64,000 bases of DNA. Source: Vulcanimicrobiota bacterium. GTDB taxonomy: Bacteria; Vulcanimicrobiota; Xenobia; Xenobiales; JADMJV01. A program made the translations under genes and the position numbers. Below the pieces are notes generated by a model. It did not search any database. It had not been told where the DNA came from and saw only the letters and a list, made by a program, of their open reading frames with translations. Where the stretch lies: positions 622,934 through 686,933 of the forward strand of contig JBFWNU010000004.1 of NCBI GenBank assembly GCA_050250895.1, written 5' to 3'. Below, in pieces: positions 39,890-49,966 of the stretch. Within the stretch, counting starts at the first letter, position 1; every line of letters begins with the position of its first letter.

Positions 39890-42616
39890 ATGTTCTTTCC
39901 CGAGCTCATCCGACTGGCCGAATCCGAACGCACTCGTCAAAAGTGGGTCTGGCTTCCTTACCCTGAATTGAAATGGAAATTGGGCGAGCGACTGCTGCTG
40001 GCCGGGGTGAACTGGCTCAACCTTCGTTTCGTAACCCCCTTTGAGGTAGCCCTCGAGATGGCCGCCCCCACCCTATTGGCTCAGGGAGTCAATCCCAAGC
40101 CCGAAGAACTCGGGCCCAGCCTGGTCGACAGGCTGCTCGGGCCGGGGCGTTTTCAGCCCCTGATGGCCCAGCCGGGCATGGCCGAGGCCCTCTGGGCAAC
40201 CCTCCAGGAGTTGCGCCGCGAGGGGATTCGTCCCCAACAACAGCCCGAGGGCGAGCTGCGCCAACTACACCAGGCCTATCTCGACTATCTCGAACAGAGC
40301 CGGCTGGCCGACCGCTGGCGCATCTTCGAACTAGCCCAGCAGGACAGCCCGATCGACCCCCATGACCTGGTGCTAGAGTTTCCTCATCCGTGGTCGACCC
40401 TGGAAAGGAACTTCCTCGACCGCCTGGGCGGCCAACGAGTGACCACGACCCAATCTAGGCTTACCCAGTTGCAGATGCCCGGGGCCGCGGTCGATCTCGT
40501 CAGCCTGCCTACCCCTCAACTAGAGAGCGAACGGTTGCTGCAGAACCTCGAGCAAGGCCCTTTTGACCAATCCGAGGTGGTGATTGCCGACCCCGCTCTG
40601 GTGCCCCTGGTGCGCGACCGGTTGGTGGCGCAAGACCTGCCGTTCACCCTCGAGATGGGCTTTAACGTATCCCTGTCGCGACCGGGCCGGGCCCTGGCCG
40701 GCCTGCTTTCATGGGTCGAGCACGATTTCTCGGCCTACGACCTGCGCGAGCTCTTCTCGGCCAACCTGCTCGATTGCCCCCTACCCTCGGGAGTCGCCTG
40801 CTGGCTGCTCGAGTCTTCAGGAGCCACCTGGGGCAAGGCAACCTATCGGGCCAGTCTCGAGGGTCTGGCCTTGCGCTTTCGCGCTCGGGGCGAACGCGAG
40901 CCGGACCGCCTGGCCGAGTGGACGAGCCGGGCCGAGCAGGCTCTGGGACTGATCGGCTGGGTAGAAAACCTGGCCGAGACAATCGACCGGCCCGAGGATT
41001 TCGGTGATTGGGTCACCCGACTGGCCCGGTTGCTCGGGCGAGTGCCCGGCGAGCCCTCCGCCCGGGCACGTCTGCAGCGAGCTCTGGGTGAACTGTCGCG
41101 GCTCGAGTCGGCGCACTGGACCCGCAGCGAGGCCTTGCGTCGAATTCGCCAGTTGCTGGCCCAACTGCGCCACGGCGGCTCGCGTCCGATGGCCGGGCAT
41201 GTCCATGTCACCGACCTCGACCGCTGTGGGCTGGGAGGCCGACCGCGAACCTTCGTGGTGGGTCTGGGTGACGGTGGTTGGCTACCCAGCCCGAGCGAGG
41301 ACCCGGTGCTGCCCGACGACCAGCGTGAGCAACTGGGGATGCCGCTGGCCAGCCAGCGCGCCTCGCAGCGATGGGCCATCTGGCTGGAGCGTCTGGCCGC
41401 CCTGGAAGGACAGGTGGTTCTGAGCCGAAGCCGGCGCGACCTGGCCGGCGACGAGCTACCGCCTTCGCGCCTGTTCAGCGCCGCCGAGCGACTCTATGGC
41501 AAGGCCCGAGAAGAGTCTGGACTGGCCAGTCTGGGCGCCTGGTGGCTGGCCCATCCCCAACAACCAGAGCTAGCCCTGGCTACCTTCGCCAACCTGCGCG
41601 CCGGGGCCGAGGCCGACGAAGCCCGCCAGAGCGAGCGTTTCACCGAATTCGACGGACTGGTGGTGGGGGCAGCCGGACACCTCGACCCCCGCCAGAACGG
41701 ATTGCCCGTCTCGGTAAGTCGCCTGCAGGTCCTGGCCACCTGCCCCTTCCGCTACTTCCTTGAGCAGGGGTTGGGTCTGAGTGCGCTAGAAGCCCGCCGC
41801 CCCCGTCCTGACGAGTGGCTGGATGCGGCCACCCGTGGTACGGTGCTCCATCAGGTGTATGCCGACTACCATCGCCATCTACGCCAGTTGGGACGCAAGC
41901 CCCACCAGGATGACTATAGTCTTTTGCTGGAATATCTGGCCGCCGAACTCGAGGCGACCCGGCTGCGGTTGCCCCCCTTCTCGCCGGCCCTGGAAGAGCG
42001 AGAGCGACGCGCCTTGCGCCAGGATCTCGAGCAGTTCCTCGAACTTGAAATCCTCTACCCCGGCAAGCCGGTGGGGCTCGAGGTGGGCTTCGGCTTGCCC
42101 GACCTCGACGGGGAAGAATTGGCCCGTCTCGAGCCCGTGACCCTCGACCTGGGCGACGGTCTGCGATTAGCTCTGCGCGGGCGCATCGACCGCATCGACG
42201 AGGTCGAGGACGGCTATCGCGTGATCGATTACAAAACGGGACGTTCGCTGGGCGTCTCTCAGGGGGCCATCCTGGACCGCGGCCGCCTGCTGCAACACGC
42301 CCTCTACAGCCTGGTGGTCGAGCAACTGGTGCAAGAGACCGTGGTGGGAAGCCTCTATTACTTTCCTACCACCCGGGCCAAGGACGCCCACCACAGCTTC
42401 GATCCGGTCGAGCCAGAGCGCCTTCGCCGAGTGCTGAGGTTGGTGCTCGAGCCGGTCCTGGCCGGCCACTTCGCCCACAGCCACGAACCCAAAAAAGACT
42501 GCACCTATTGTGACTTCAAGCAGGCCTGCTCGGCTCACGACCAGCAGGCCAACCGGCGCAAACTCGAACAAGACCAGCGCCTGGCCGCCCGCCGGGACCT
42601 GCTGGAGGAACGATGA
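39890..42616 (+). CDS. addB: AddB-like PD-(D/E)XK nuclease subunit
   Basis: SVSRL..CPFRYF, GRIDRID, IDYKTG, CTYCDFKQAC Fe-S staple. Confidence 0.85.
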   Translation: MFFPELIRLAESERTRQKWVWLPYPELKWKLGERLLLAGVNWLNLRFVTPFEVALEMAAPTLLAQGVNPKPEELGPSLVDRLLGPGRFQPLMAQPGMAEALWATLQELRREGIRPQQQPEGELRQLHQAYLDYLEQSRLADRWRIFELAQQDSPIDPHDLVLEFPHPWSTLERNFLDRLGGQRVTTTQSRLTQLQMPGAAVDLVSLPTPQLESERLLQNLEQGPFDQSEVVIADPALVPLVRDRLVAQDLPFTLEMGFNVSLSRPGRALAGLLSWVEHDFSAYDLRELFSANLLDCPLPSGVACWLLESSGATWGKATYRASLEGLALRFRARGEREPDRLAEWTSRAEQALGLIGWVENLAETIDRPEDFGDWVTRLARLLGRVPGEPSARARLQRALGELSRLESAHWTRSEALRRIRQLLAQLRHGGSRPMAGHVHVTDLDRCGLGGRPRTFVVGLGDGGWLPSPSEDPVLPDDQREQLGMPLASQRASQRWAIWLERLAALEGQVVLSRSRRDLAGDELPPSRLFSAAERLYGKAREESGLASLGAWWLAHPQQPELALATFANLRAGAEADEARQSERFTEFDGLVVGAAGHLDPRQNGLPVSVSRLQVLATCPFRYFLEQGLGLSALEARRPRPDEWLDAATRGTVLHQVYADYHRHLRQLGRKPHQDDYSLLLEYLAAELEATRLRLPPFSPALEERERRALRQDLEQFLELEILYPGKPVGLEVGFGLPDLDGEELARLEPVTLDLGDGLRLALRGRIDRIDEVEDGYRVIDYKTGRSLGVSQGAILDRGRLLQHALYSLVVEQLVQETVVGSLYYFPTTRAKDAHHSFDPVEPERLRRVLRLVLEPVLAGHFAHSHEPKKDCTYCDFKQACSAHDQQANRRKLEQDQRLAARRDLLEER

Positions 42617-45600
42617 ACGACCAATCCCGGCGCGACCAGATCGCAAACGATCTCGACCTCAATCTTCTGGTAGAGGCCTCGGCCGGCACCGGCAAGACCC
42701 ACTGCCTGACCGCCCGGCTGGTGAACGGATTGGTCTGCGGTCGCTACCAAGCCGGCAACACCGCGGCCGTAACCTTCACCCGCAAGGCCGCCGCGGAACT
42801 GCGCTCGCGAGTTCGCCGCGAACTGGAAAAGACCGGGGACCAGGCGGCCCTGGCCCAACTCGACGGGCTCTTCGTGGGCACCATTCACTCGTTCTGCGCT
42901 GGCTTGCTGCGGGCTCACCCGGTCGAGGCGGGGCTCAGTCCCGGCTTTCGCGAGCTCGAAGAATACGAGGATGTCAGCCTGCAACGCGAAGAGTTTCAAC
43001 GCTATCTGGAAGAGGTCCCGGGTCGTGGCTTGCAGGCCGAGCTCGCTCTGGCGGGTGCCCGCCCCGAGCAGTTGCTGGACGGCCTGCACACCGTGTGCGC
43101 CAACGGTGAAGTCGAGTATCCCGTCAGGCCGCGCCCTCGACCGGATTGGGAGGCGAGCTGGTCGGCCACCGAAGAGTTCGCCTGGCAACTGCAGCTACCC
43201 GAATGGCCCGACGACAAGGTCGACGAAAAGTATCTGACCATCGTAGGCCGTCGCTTTCTCAACAAACTTCGGGCCGCCCGCCCGGGGCTGGCCAATCTGT
43301 TGAGGCTGCTCGAGCCGTGGGAGCGCCAACCTCAGGTCTTGCAGCGGTTGTGGGGTGAGAACAAGACCGAGCGACGAGCCCGCTTCGAACCCCAGCTCGA
43401 GCGGGTCAACCGCTTTCGCGAAACTCAGGTGCTGCCGTTTCTGGCGGAGTGGAGGGCCTATCTCTACGCCGTCTGCATGCCCCACCTCCTCGAGGTGCGA
43501 GCGCGACTAGCCGAGAGCCGAAGGCGACTGGCGCTGGTGAACTATCACGACTTGCTGATGCTGACCGCTCGCATGCTTTCCAGCCAACCCGCAGTGCGGC
43601 CACGACTGCGCCACCGCTTTGCCCATCTGCTGGTCGACGAATTCCAGGACACCGACCCCCTCCAGGCCGAGGTTCTGTTCTGGCTGGCTTCAGACGACCA
43701 GAGTGACGATTGGCGCCAATTGCGCCCTCGCCCCGGCTCGTTGTTCATCGTGGGCGACCCAAAGCAATCGATCTATCGATTTCGCCGGGCTGATATCGAG
43801 ACCTATGAGCTGGTCAGTCGAAAGCTACGCGACAGCGGTGGCAAGAAGCTTTCGTTGACCACTTCCTTTCGCTCCGTGCCGGCCATCTGCGAATGGGTCA
43901 ACCAGACCTTCTGCAGTCTACTCACAGGCAACGGGCAGGCCGTCTATTCACCCCTCGAGGCCCATGAGGCGGGCCAGGGTCAGGTGCTCACCCTGTCCGA
44001 GCAGTGCCATCGATTCCAGGATGTGACCAGGCGAGAGTCGCAGCGAGTGGCCGAGCTCATCAGTTCGATGGTCGCGTCGGGGCAACGCGGATATGGCGAC
44101 TTTTTGTTGCTGACCTGGCGTCGCCGGGATTTGCGCAGCTATGCTCGGGCCCTCGAAGAGCTCGGGATCCCCGTCGAGGTAACCGGGTCCCCGGTGCCGA
44201 TCCAGGGTCCGGTGGCTCTGCTTTTCGACTTGTTCGGGGTGTTGGCCGACCCTCGCAACAGCATCGCCGTGGTGGGCCTGCTGCGCGGTTCGTTGTTCGG
44301 GCAAAGCGATGAAGACCTCTACGGGTTTCATCAGGCCGGTGGGCATTTCGTGCTGGGCCACGAGCAGCCCGGGAGGGTCGGCCAGCTGCTGGCGCGGCTA
44401 CAGGCCTGGCGCAACCTGGTCGAGCGCCAGCCTCTGGGAGCCGCCCTCGAGCGGGTGCTGGAAGAATCGGGACTGATCGCCCTGGCCAGCGCCCAGGGAG
44501 CGGCCACCGACCTCATGCAATGGGTGACCCGGTTTGGCGCCGCGGCCGAAAGCGGACGTTCCCTGTCTGAGCTACTGCTCGAGGCCCAGGCGGCCGACCC
44601 CCCCGAGAGCAATCCAGGTCAGGCCCCAACGGCCGCCTCGGTGCGCTTGATGAACCTGCATCAGGCTAAAGGCCTGCAAGCCAGAGTAGTGTTGCTCCTG
44701 GCTCCCACCGGCGGCTTTCCCGTGAGGGTGGCTCATCGGGTCGTCCGCGGGCCCCGAGGCGCGCTGGGCTACCTGCGCCTGGGAAAATATCGCCCCCTGG
44801 CCCAACCGCTGGACTGGCCCAGCCACGAAGCCGAGGAGAAGGTCTTTCTTGAGGCCGAACGCAAGCGTCTGTTGTACGTGGCCGCCACCAGGGCGAAGGA
44901 AGTTCTGGTGGTCTCTCGCTGGGCCGGCGAGAAATACGACGAGCTGCGGCCCTGGCTGCCGCTCAACCCCTACCTGGCCGACTGCGCCGAGATTGCGCGG
45001 CCCACTCAGCTGACAGTTTCGCCTACCCCGGTGCTTGACTCCAGCGGTCTCGCGGCCCTGTCCCGACGCCTCGAGGCCCGGACTCGCCTGGCCGAGCCCG
45101 GCTGGCGACGCAGTTCGGTGACCGGCAGTCTCGATGAAAGTCGCTCTCTGCCTCTTCCCGAGTCCCTATCCCAGGCAGAGCGGCCTGATAGCGGAGCCGC
45201 CTGGGGCAATCTGCTCCACCGTTTGCTCGAGCAGCTGGTGCGACGTCCCGAACTCTCGCGCGCCGAGTTGGGTCGCCTGGCCCACTGGTACTGCTTCGAG
45301 ACCCCCGAACTCGATCCTTATGTTCCGCTGGCCCTGGACACCCTCGACCAACTTCGCCAGACCGACTTCTGGTCACGACTGCTGCGCTCTGGCCGGCGCC
45401 TGACCGAGGTGCCTTTTGGCGTGCGTCTGGAGGAAAGCCCCCCCCGGTTGGTGTTCGGCGTCCTGGACCTGGTTCTCGAAGGAGAAGCGGGCTGGGAAAT
45501 CATCGACTACAAGACCGACCGCCAGCGGCTCGAGGGGCTGCTCGAGCGCTATGCCGATCAAGTTCGCGAGTACGCCCGCCACTGGACCGACCTGGTCGAC

Positions 45601-45705
45601 GAACCGGCCTTCGCCGGGCTCTATGGCCTGCGCGAGCAGCGTTTGAGCGGCGACCTGCGCGGCGGCGCAGGGCCGGCGGGCCCAGTTGAGAAGAACAGCC
45701 CGTGA
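42613..45705 (+). CDS. addA: AddA UvrD-type helicase/nuclease
   Basis: ASAGTGKT, VDEFQDT, VGDPKQSIYRFR, HQAKGL, LLYVAATRA, IDYKTD. Confidence 0.9.
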   Translation: MNDQSRRDQIANDLDLNLLVEASAGTGKTHCLTARLVNGLVCGRYQAGNTAAVTFTRKAAAELRSRVRRELEKTGDQAALAQLDGLFVGTIHSFCAGLLRAHPVEAGLSPGFRELEEYEDVSLQREEFQRYLEEVPGRGLQAELALAGARPEQLLDGLHTVCANGEVEYPVRPRPRPDWEASWSATEEFAWQLQLPEWPDDKVDEKYLTIVGRRFLNKLRAARPGLANLLRLLEPWERQPQVLQRLWGENKTERRARFEPQLERVNRFRETQVLPFLAEWRAYLYAVCMPHLLEVRARLAESRRRLALVNYHDLLMLTARMLSSQPAVRPRLRHRFAHLLVDEFQDTDPLQAEVLFWLASDDQSDDWRQLRPRPGSLFIVGDPKQSIYRFRRADIETYELVSRKLRDSGGKKLSLTTSFRSVPAICEWVNQTFCSLLTGNGQAVYSPLEAHEAGQGQVLTLSEQCHRFQDVTRRESQRVAELISSMVASGQRGYGDFLLLTWRRRDLRSYARALEELGIPVEVTGSPVPIQGPVALLFDLFGVLADPRNSIAVVGLLRGSLFGQSDEDLYGFHQAGGHFVLGHEQPGRVGQLLARLQAWRNLVERQPLGAALERVLEESGLIALASAQGAATDLMQWVTRFGAAAESGRSLSELLLEAQAADPPESNPGQAPTAASVRLMNLHQAKGLQARVVLLLAPTGGFPVRVAHRVVRGPRGALGYLRLGKYRPLAQPLDWPSHEAEEKVFLEAERKRLLYVAATRAKEVLVVSRWAGEKYDELRPWLPLNPYLADCAEIARPTQLTVSPTPVLDSSGLAALSRRLEARTRLAEPGWRRSSVTGSLDESRSLPLPESLSQAERPDSGAAWGNLLHRLLEQLVRRPELSRAELGRLAHWYCFETPELDPYVPLALDTLDQLRQTDFWSRLLRSGRRLTEVPFGVRLEESPPRLVFGVLDLVLEGEAGWEIIDYKTDRQRLEGLLERYADQVREYARHWTDLVDEPAFAGLYGLREQRLSGDLRGGAGPAGPVEKNSP

Positions 45706-47348
45706 GCGACTCCCTGCTGGTGGACGCCCTGGAAGCGGCCGAGACGCTGGCCAGCCCTGTCACAGGATTCCTGCCAACGAAGGCCCCCCTGGTCGACCTG
45801 CCGCCACCCTTCTTAGAACTCTCGGACGCCTGCGCCCAGCTACCCGGGCGCTACCACGGCCAGGACTACGATTGTCGACCCTGGCTAGACCAGCAATTTG
45901 GCCGCGAGCGTCCCGAATGGTTGCATGCCGCCTCCGGGGCCGATGAGCATCTGCGCCATAACCTGATGACCAAAACCAGCCTGCTCTGCCACGCCTACCG
46001 CTGGCAAGGCATGCCCACTCCGCCCGAGAATTATCAGCTGAAGACCATCCGATTGCCGCCTGGGCTAGAGAGCCTGTGGGCTCACCTGGCCGAGCGGATG
46101 ATGGTGCCGCGAGTGGGAATCTTTTATACGATGGTGGCCAACAATTGGCGCCTGTCGGGGGTCGAGCCGGGCCAGGCCTACGACGTCGAACAACTCCGGG
46201 ACGAGGCCATCGATCTGGTTCACAGCTGGCTCAACCCGCCCTTGCATGAAGAGCTGCGCACCTTTGTCTCGACGGCTCTATGCATCGAGGCAAGAGGAGC
46301 CAAGATCCTCAACCACATCCAGCAAGCCTGCCACTGTGTGCTGCGCCAAAATGCCCAGGAGGCAACCTATCACCTGACCTTCCTGGCCGCCACCATTCTG
46401 TCGATCAACTCGATCTTCAATCGGGGGATCAAGAAGGCTCGGATTCATCCCGACCACTTCTTGCGCTTCGTCCAGCCCACCATGATCTGGCTGCTCGATC
46501 ACGGCGACGGTCCTCTCGAAGGAGCCAGTGGTCCCCAAGCCTGTACCTTCCAGTTGCTCGACAGTTTTCTGGGCGTCCCCCGTCAAACCGCTCTGGGCGA
46601 GATGATCGAACAGGCCCGCCGCTACATGCTGCCGGGACACCGAGCCTTGCTGGAGAAGTTCGACCGAACCGGCCCGGTGCTCAGAGAGTTTGTTCAGCAG
46701 AGCGACGCGCCTCGTCTGCTCGAAGCCTACAATCGCTGCCTGAAACTGATGCAGGCCTGGCGTACCAGCCACCAGAAACGCGGCGCCATGTATCTGGAGG
46801 GAGAGGCCCAACACTACGTCTCTACCGGTCTGGTGGTCAAAGACCCGGTCGACCGCGCCGAGCACTTCGAGCGCACCATGGAGGAGCATATCGTGGCCAC
46901 GCGCGGGCAGACCCTCGCGAACCCCTGGGAGGGGCACGAACACGGCCTCGACTATCTCTTTCGTTTTCTCACCCCGTCCCAACGAGAAAAGCTCGCCCTC
47001 AAGACCGAGGTCTTTGCCATGGCCGCGGGCGAAACCATTCTCGCCCAGGGCGACCTCTTTCCGGGCCTATTCAGTCTCAAATCGGGTACAGCCGCGGTAG
47101 TCAAGCGCATCCAGGCTGAAGAGCGAGTGGTCGACCGGCTCCAACCCCATCAGATCTTTGGCGAGATGTCGCTAATCGAGAACCTGCCGGCTTCGGCCAG
47201 CATCGTGGCCGAGGTCGACCTGGAAGTCGTGCAGGTCTCGCTAGAGACCGTCTATGACCTGATCAACGAAAATCGAGAGGCCGAGGGGGACTTCTATCTG
47301 GCCCTGGCCCAGTTGCTCTCGCACCGCCTGCGAAACCGATTCAGTTAG
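45702..47348 (+). CDS. indoleamine 2,3-dioxygenase-like heme domain fused to a C-terminal cyclic-nucleotide-binding domain
   Basis: GFLP, HAYRW, NNW, IEARGA, GASGPQ, RRYMLPGHR, WRTSH (proximal His); C-terminal ILAQGD...FGEMSLIE. Confidence 0.8.
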   Translation: MSDSLLVDALEAAETLASPVTGFLPTKAPLVDLPPPFLELSDACAQLPGRYHGQDYDCRPWLDQQFGRERPEWLHAASGADEHLRHNLMTKTSLLCHAYRWQGMPTPPENYQLKTIRLPPGLESLWAHLAERMMVPRVGIFYTMVANNWRLSGVEPGQAYDVEQLRDEAIDLVHSWLNPPLHEELRTFVSTALCIEARGAKILNHIQQACHCVLRQNAQEATYHLTFLAATILSINSIFNRGIKKARIHPDHFLRFVQPTMIWLLDHGDGPLEGASGPQACTFQLLDSFLGVPRQTALGEMIEQARRYMLPGHRALLEKFDRTGPVLREFVQQSDAPRLLEAYNRCLKLMQAWRTSHQKRGAMYLEGEAQHYVSTGLVVKDPVDRAEHFERTMEEHIVATRGQTLANPWEGHEHGLDYLFRFLTPSQREKLALKTEVFAMAAGETILAQGDLFPGLFSLKSGTAAVVKRIQAEERVVDRLQPHQIFGEMSLIENLPASASIVAEVDLEVVQVSLETVYDLINENREAEGDFYLALAQLLSHRLRNRFS

Positions 47349-48345
47349 CCACTCCAGGCTCGGGACGCTGGCCCAGAGTGCGCAGATAGTGCCTGGCCCC
47401 CCAGCACAGGACCGCGACACCCAACTGCATCAGGATCACGATCACTCGATCGTCGAAATTCCTCGGTCCCCAGACGCCCGCACACTCGGCTGTCGCCAGG
47501 CCCAGCCAGACCAGGGCTAGAAAGGCGTAGTAGGCCTGTAGCAGCAACCTCGCAAGGTCCTTGCCGGTGCCTGCCACCACCGACAACACCAGACCCAGCC
47601 CACAAATCAGGGCAACGCCGAGAGCGAAGTCCCGGTCCCCAGACCCGAACGTATTGCTGATAGCCAGGCCCAACAACAACATCCCGCTGGAAGGAACCAG
47701 AAATCGTCGTAACTTGAAGACGACCGGGCTGACCGCGCCCTGAGGCAAGGCCAGGCTCTGGTCAGGTTGAGCCAGGCCTCTGGCCAGCAGTGCGAACAGC
47801 TCATAAATGGCCCGGAACTGCTTGACGCCGAAAGCCGACGATAAGAACCAGCGCTCGGCCGTGAGTTTTCCGTCCTTCAGCTCGGCACCCGGCAGACGCG
47901 GCATGGCATACAGCAGCGCCGTACGGCCTTCGCCGGCGAAGAACTCTAGCACCTCGGACCGACTCTCGCCCTTTACCCAGAAGGCCTGGTCCATCTCGGC
48001 ATCGCCCAGCACCAGGTCGTCGCGCCGGCCGGCCTTCTGCAGCCCGGTGAGCACACCTTCGTTGCGAAGATGCAGGCTCCGTGGACAGTTGGGCCCCAGG
48101 TCAAGGCTGGCTTTGAACTCATACCAGCTCCCTTTCTGCTGCCTGACGTGACGCAACCCGACCGAGAACACAAGCCCTTCGAGCCTGCCCTGAGCGCGGC
48201 TGTCGTCCACCATCGTCAAGCCCACCTGACTGGCGAACTGCTCGAGTGCTCGCAACCGTCCTGCATAGAAGGCTCCCCCTGCCTGAACGAAGTTCAGGAT
48301 CAGCAGCCCGACCAGGGCGCCGAGAAAGAGCAAAAGGGGGTCCAT
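47341..48345 (-). CDS. hypothetical membrane protein
   Basis: N-terminal TM, GDAEMDQAF motif, four C-terminal TMs. Confidence 0.7.
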   Translation of the reverse strand: MDPLLLFLGALVGLLILNFVQAGGAFYAGRLRALEQFASQVGLTMVDDSRAQGRLEGLVFSVGLRHVRQQKGSWYEFKASLDLGPNCPRSLHLRNEGVLTGLQKAGRRDDLVLGDAEMDQAFWVKGESRSEVLEFFAGEGRTALLYAMPRLPGAELKDGKLTAERWFLSSAFGVKQFRAIYELFALLARGLAQPDQSLALPQGAVSPVVFKLRRFLVPSSGMLLLGLAISNTFGSGDRDFALGVALICGLGLVLSVVAGTGKDLARLLLQAYYAFLALVWLGLATAECAGVWGPRNFDDRVIVILMQLGVAVLCWGARHYLRTLGQRPEPGVAN

Positions 48346-48448
48346 TTGTCAGCTTTCCCGGCGGCCGGCCGCCAGGCCTGCCCGGCTCTGGTCAGGACGC
48401 AGGTGATCCGTCCTGAAGAGCGAACATCAATGGAACAGGAGGGTATCT

Positions 48449-48823
48449 ATGGATAGCATCGGTAGTAGCAGTTCCCGAGGGGCAGGACCCTCCACCTCTG
48501 TCTCGACAAGTCGCGACGCGGGTGCCCCCGCTGGGGCCACCCCGGCGGCCACTCCTGGTTCACCCCCTGGCGAAGTGGACAGCGCCAAGATCTCCTCGAG
48601 CGTTACCAGCAGCGAAGCAGGGGCCTCCACCAGCCTGATGTCAGGTCTCCTGTCGTGGGCCGACTCTTCGACCGACAAAGCCGGCGAAGCGAAGGCCACT
48701 GGCTCGACCACGCCAAGCACGGCTGGTCGAAGGGCCGAGATGCTCAAAGAACTCCAAGAGTTCACCAAGAAGGCCATCGAAGAGATGCCCGCCGACGACA
48801 GTCCGTATCGCAGCCGAAACTAA
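48449..48823 (+). CDS. low-complexity Ser/Thr/Ala-rich hypothetical protein
   Basis: AGGAGG upstream; followed by a terminator. Confidence 0.6.
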   Translation: MDSIGSSSSRGAGPSTSVSTSRDAGAPAGATPAATPGSPPGEVDSAKISSSVTSSEAGASTSLMSGLLSWADSSTDKAGEAKATGSTTPSTAGRRAEMLKELQEFTKKAIEEMPADDSPYRSRN

Positions 48824-48841
48824 GGTTCTGGCCGAACGCAG

Positions 48842-48872
48842 AAAGCCAACCCCTGACAGGGTTGGCTTTTTT
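48842..48872 (+). terminator. intrinsic terminator
   Basis: AAAGCCAACCC-ctgaca-GGGTTGGCTTT running into a T tract. Confidence 0.8.
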
Positions 48873-48896
48873 GTATCCGTCGTCGCCCTCCTGGTC

Positions 48897-49340
48897 ATGC
48901 TCGTCCTGGCGTCCGGCCTCGGGTTCTGGCGGAATCGCCAGCCAGAGCCTGACCTGAGCATCAGCGGCGTCAAGCCAGGCATGACCGAGCCCGAGGTCGA
49001 GGCGCTGTTGGACGGGGCGGTACTAAAGCGCGAAACCGCCACCGATGGCATACGAATGCTGAGCTTCCAGGATCCGACCGGACAACCCGTCTGCATCGAT
49101 CTTGACCAGGATGGCCGCGTCAAGCAGGTCTTTGGCCGCCTATGTCTCGAGGGGCGGACGGCCGCTAGCGACCGACTCGATCTCGCTGAGGTCATCCAGC
49201 ACCTTGAACCCAAGCTCGGTCCACCCGACCGACGGATTGGGAACGGCCCCCAGTTCGTAGTCTACTACCCACGGTATGACTTGCTTCTGGCCCAAGATAG
49301 CGCGAACTGGATTGCGCGTCTAGGGGGTGACGAGCCCTAG
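48897..49340 (+). CDS. SmpA/OmlA-like motif protein, paralog 1 (5' end possibly lost)
   Basis: ISGVKPGMTEPEVEALL; 5' part nearly identical to 49422..49928. Confidence 0.65.
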   Translation: MLVLASGLGFWRNRQPEPDLSISGVKPGMTEPEVEALLDGAVLKRETATDGIRMLSFQDPTGQPVCIDLDQDGRVKQVFGRLCLEGRTAASDRLDLAEVIQHLEPKLGPPDRRIGNGPQFVVYYPRYDLLLAQDSANWIARLGGDEP

Positions 49341-49371
49341 AGGGGATGGTGACGGACGGCCTGTCGCTCGT

Positions 49372-49385
49372 CTTCCAGCTGGAAG
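49372..49385. repeat. dispersed palindrome CTTCCAGCTGGAAG (intergenic copy)
   Basis: Exact 14-bp palindrome, also at 50659, 54586, 54699, 55885 and 61241. Confidence 0.85.
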
Positions 49386-49421
49386 TTCCGGCCAGGCAGA
49401 GCCCTGTGCTATAGTCAACCT

Positions 49422-49928
49422 GTGACCCGCCGCATCCACCCTATCGTCGCCCTGCTCGCCGTGCTCGTCCTGGCGTCCCGCCTCGGGTTCTGGCTGAATC
49501 GCCATCCAGAGCCTGACCTGAGCATCAGCGGCGTCAAGCCAGGCATGACCGAGCCCGAGGTCGAGGCGCTGTTGGGCGAGAGGGTGTCCGAGGAGCAGTT
49601 GCCGGACGACGCTCGGCTGTGTGCCTTTCAGGACAACACCGGTGGCTTGCTGGGGGTCTACTTTGATCAACGGGGCCTGGTCACGGGTGCCTTCGGACGG
49701 CTTTGTGTGGACGGCCAAACCGTGAAAGCGACTGGCGAGGACCTCAGACTCATAGCCAGGCAGCTTGAGCCCCGTCTCGGCCCACCCGACGGTCAGCGGG
49801 GTGGTTCTGAACTGTTCGCGATTCGATACACCCGCTATCGCCTGCTTCTGGCGCAGAACACCGTCGACTGGAGCGCCTGCCTCGGTTGTGACGATGACGG
49901 CTACGAATACGAGCCGTTCCAATGGTAG
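49422..49928 (+). CDS. SmpA/OmlA-like motif protein, paralog 2
   Basis: N-terminal TM then ISGVKPGMTEPEVEALLG. Confidence 0.7.
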   Translation: MTRRIHPIVALLAVLVLASRLGFWLNRHPEPDLSISGVKPGMTEPEVEALLGERVSEEQLPDDARLCAFQDNTGGLLGVYFDQRGLVTGAFGRLCVDGQTVKATGEDLRLIARQLEPRLGPPDGQRGGSELFAIRYTRYRLLLAQNTVDWSACLGCDDDGYEYEPFQW

Positions 49929-49966
49929 CTCTTTACAATCGCGCCTATCGCAACCAATATTACAAC

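Larger units (their letters stand above)
48880..49575 (+). repeat. ~130 bp near-identical direct repeat (about 48880-49010 and 49444-49574)
   Basis: Shared tcgtcgccct...ccagagcctgacctgagcatcagcggcgtcaagccaggcatgaccgagcccgaggtcgaggcgctgttgg. Confidence 0.9.

Noticed and set aside
39890-45705. Cas4/Cas3-like or defence helicase-nuclease
   Set aside because: Size, order and motifs fit housekeeping AddB-AddA.
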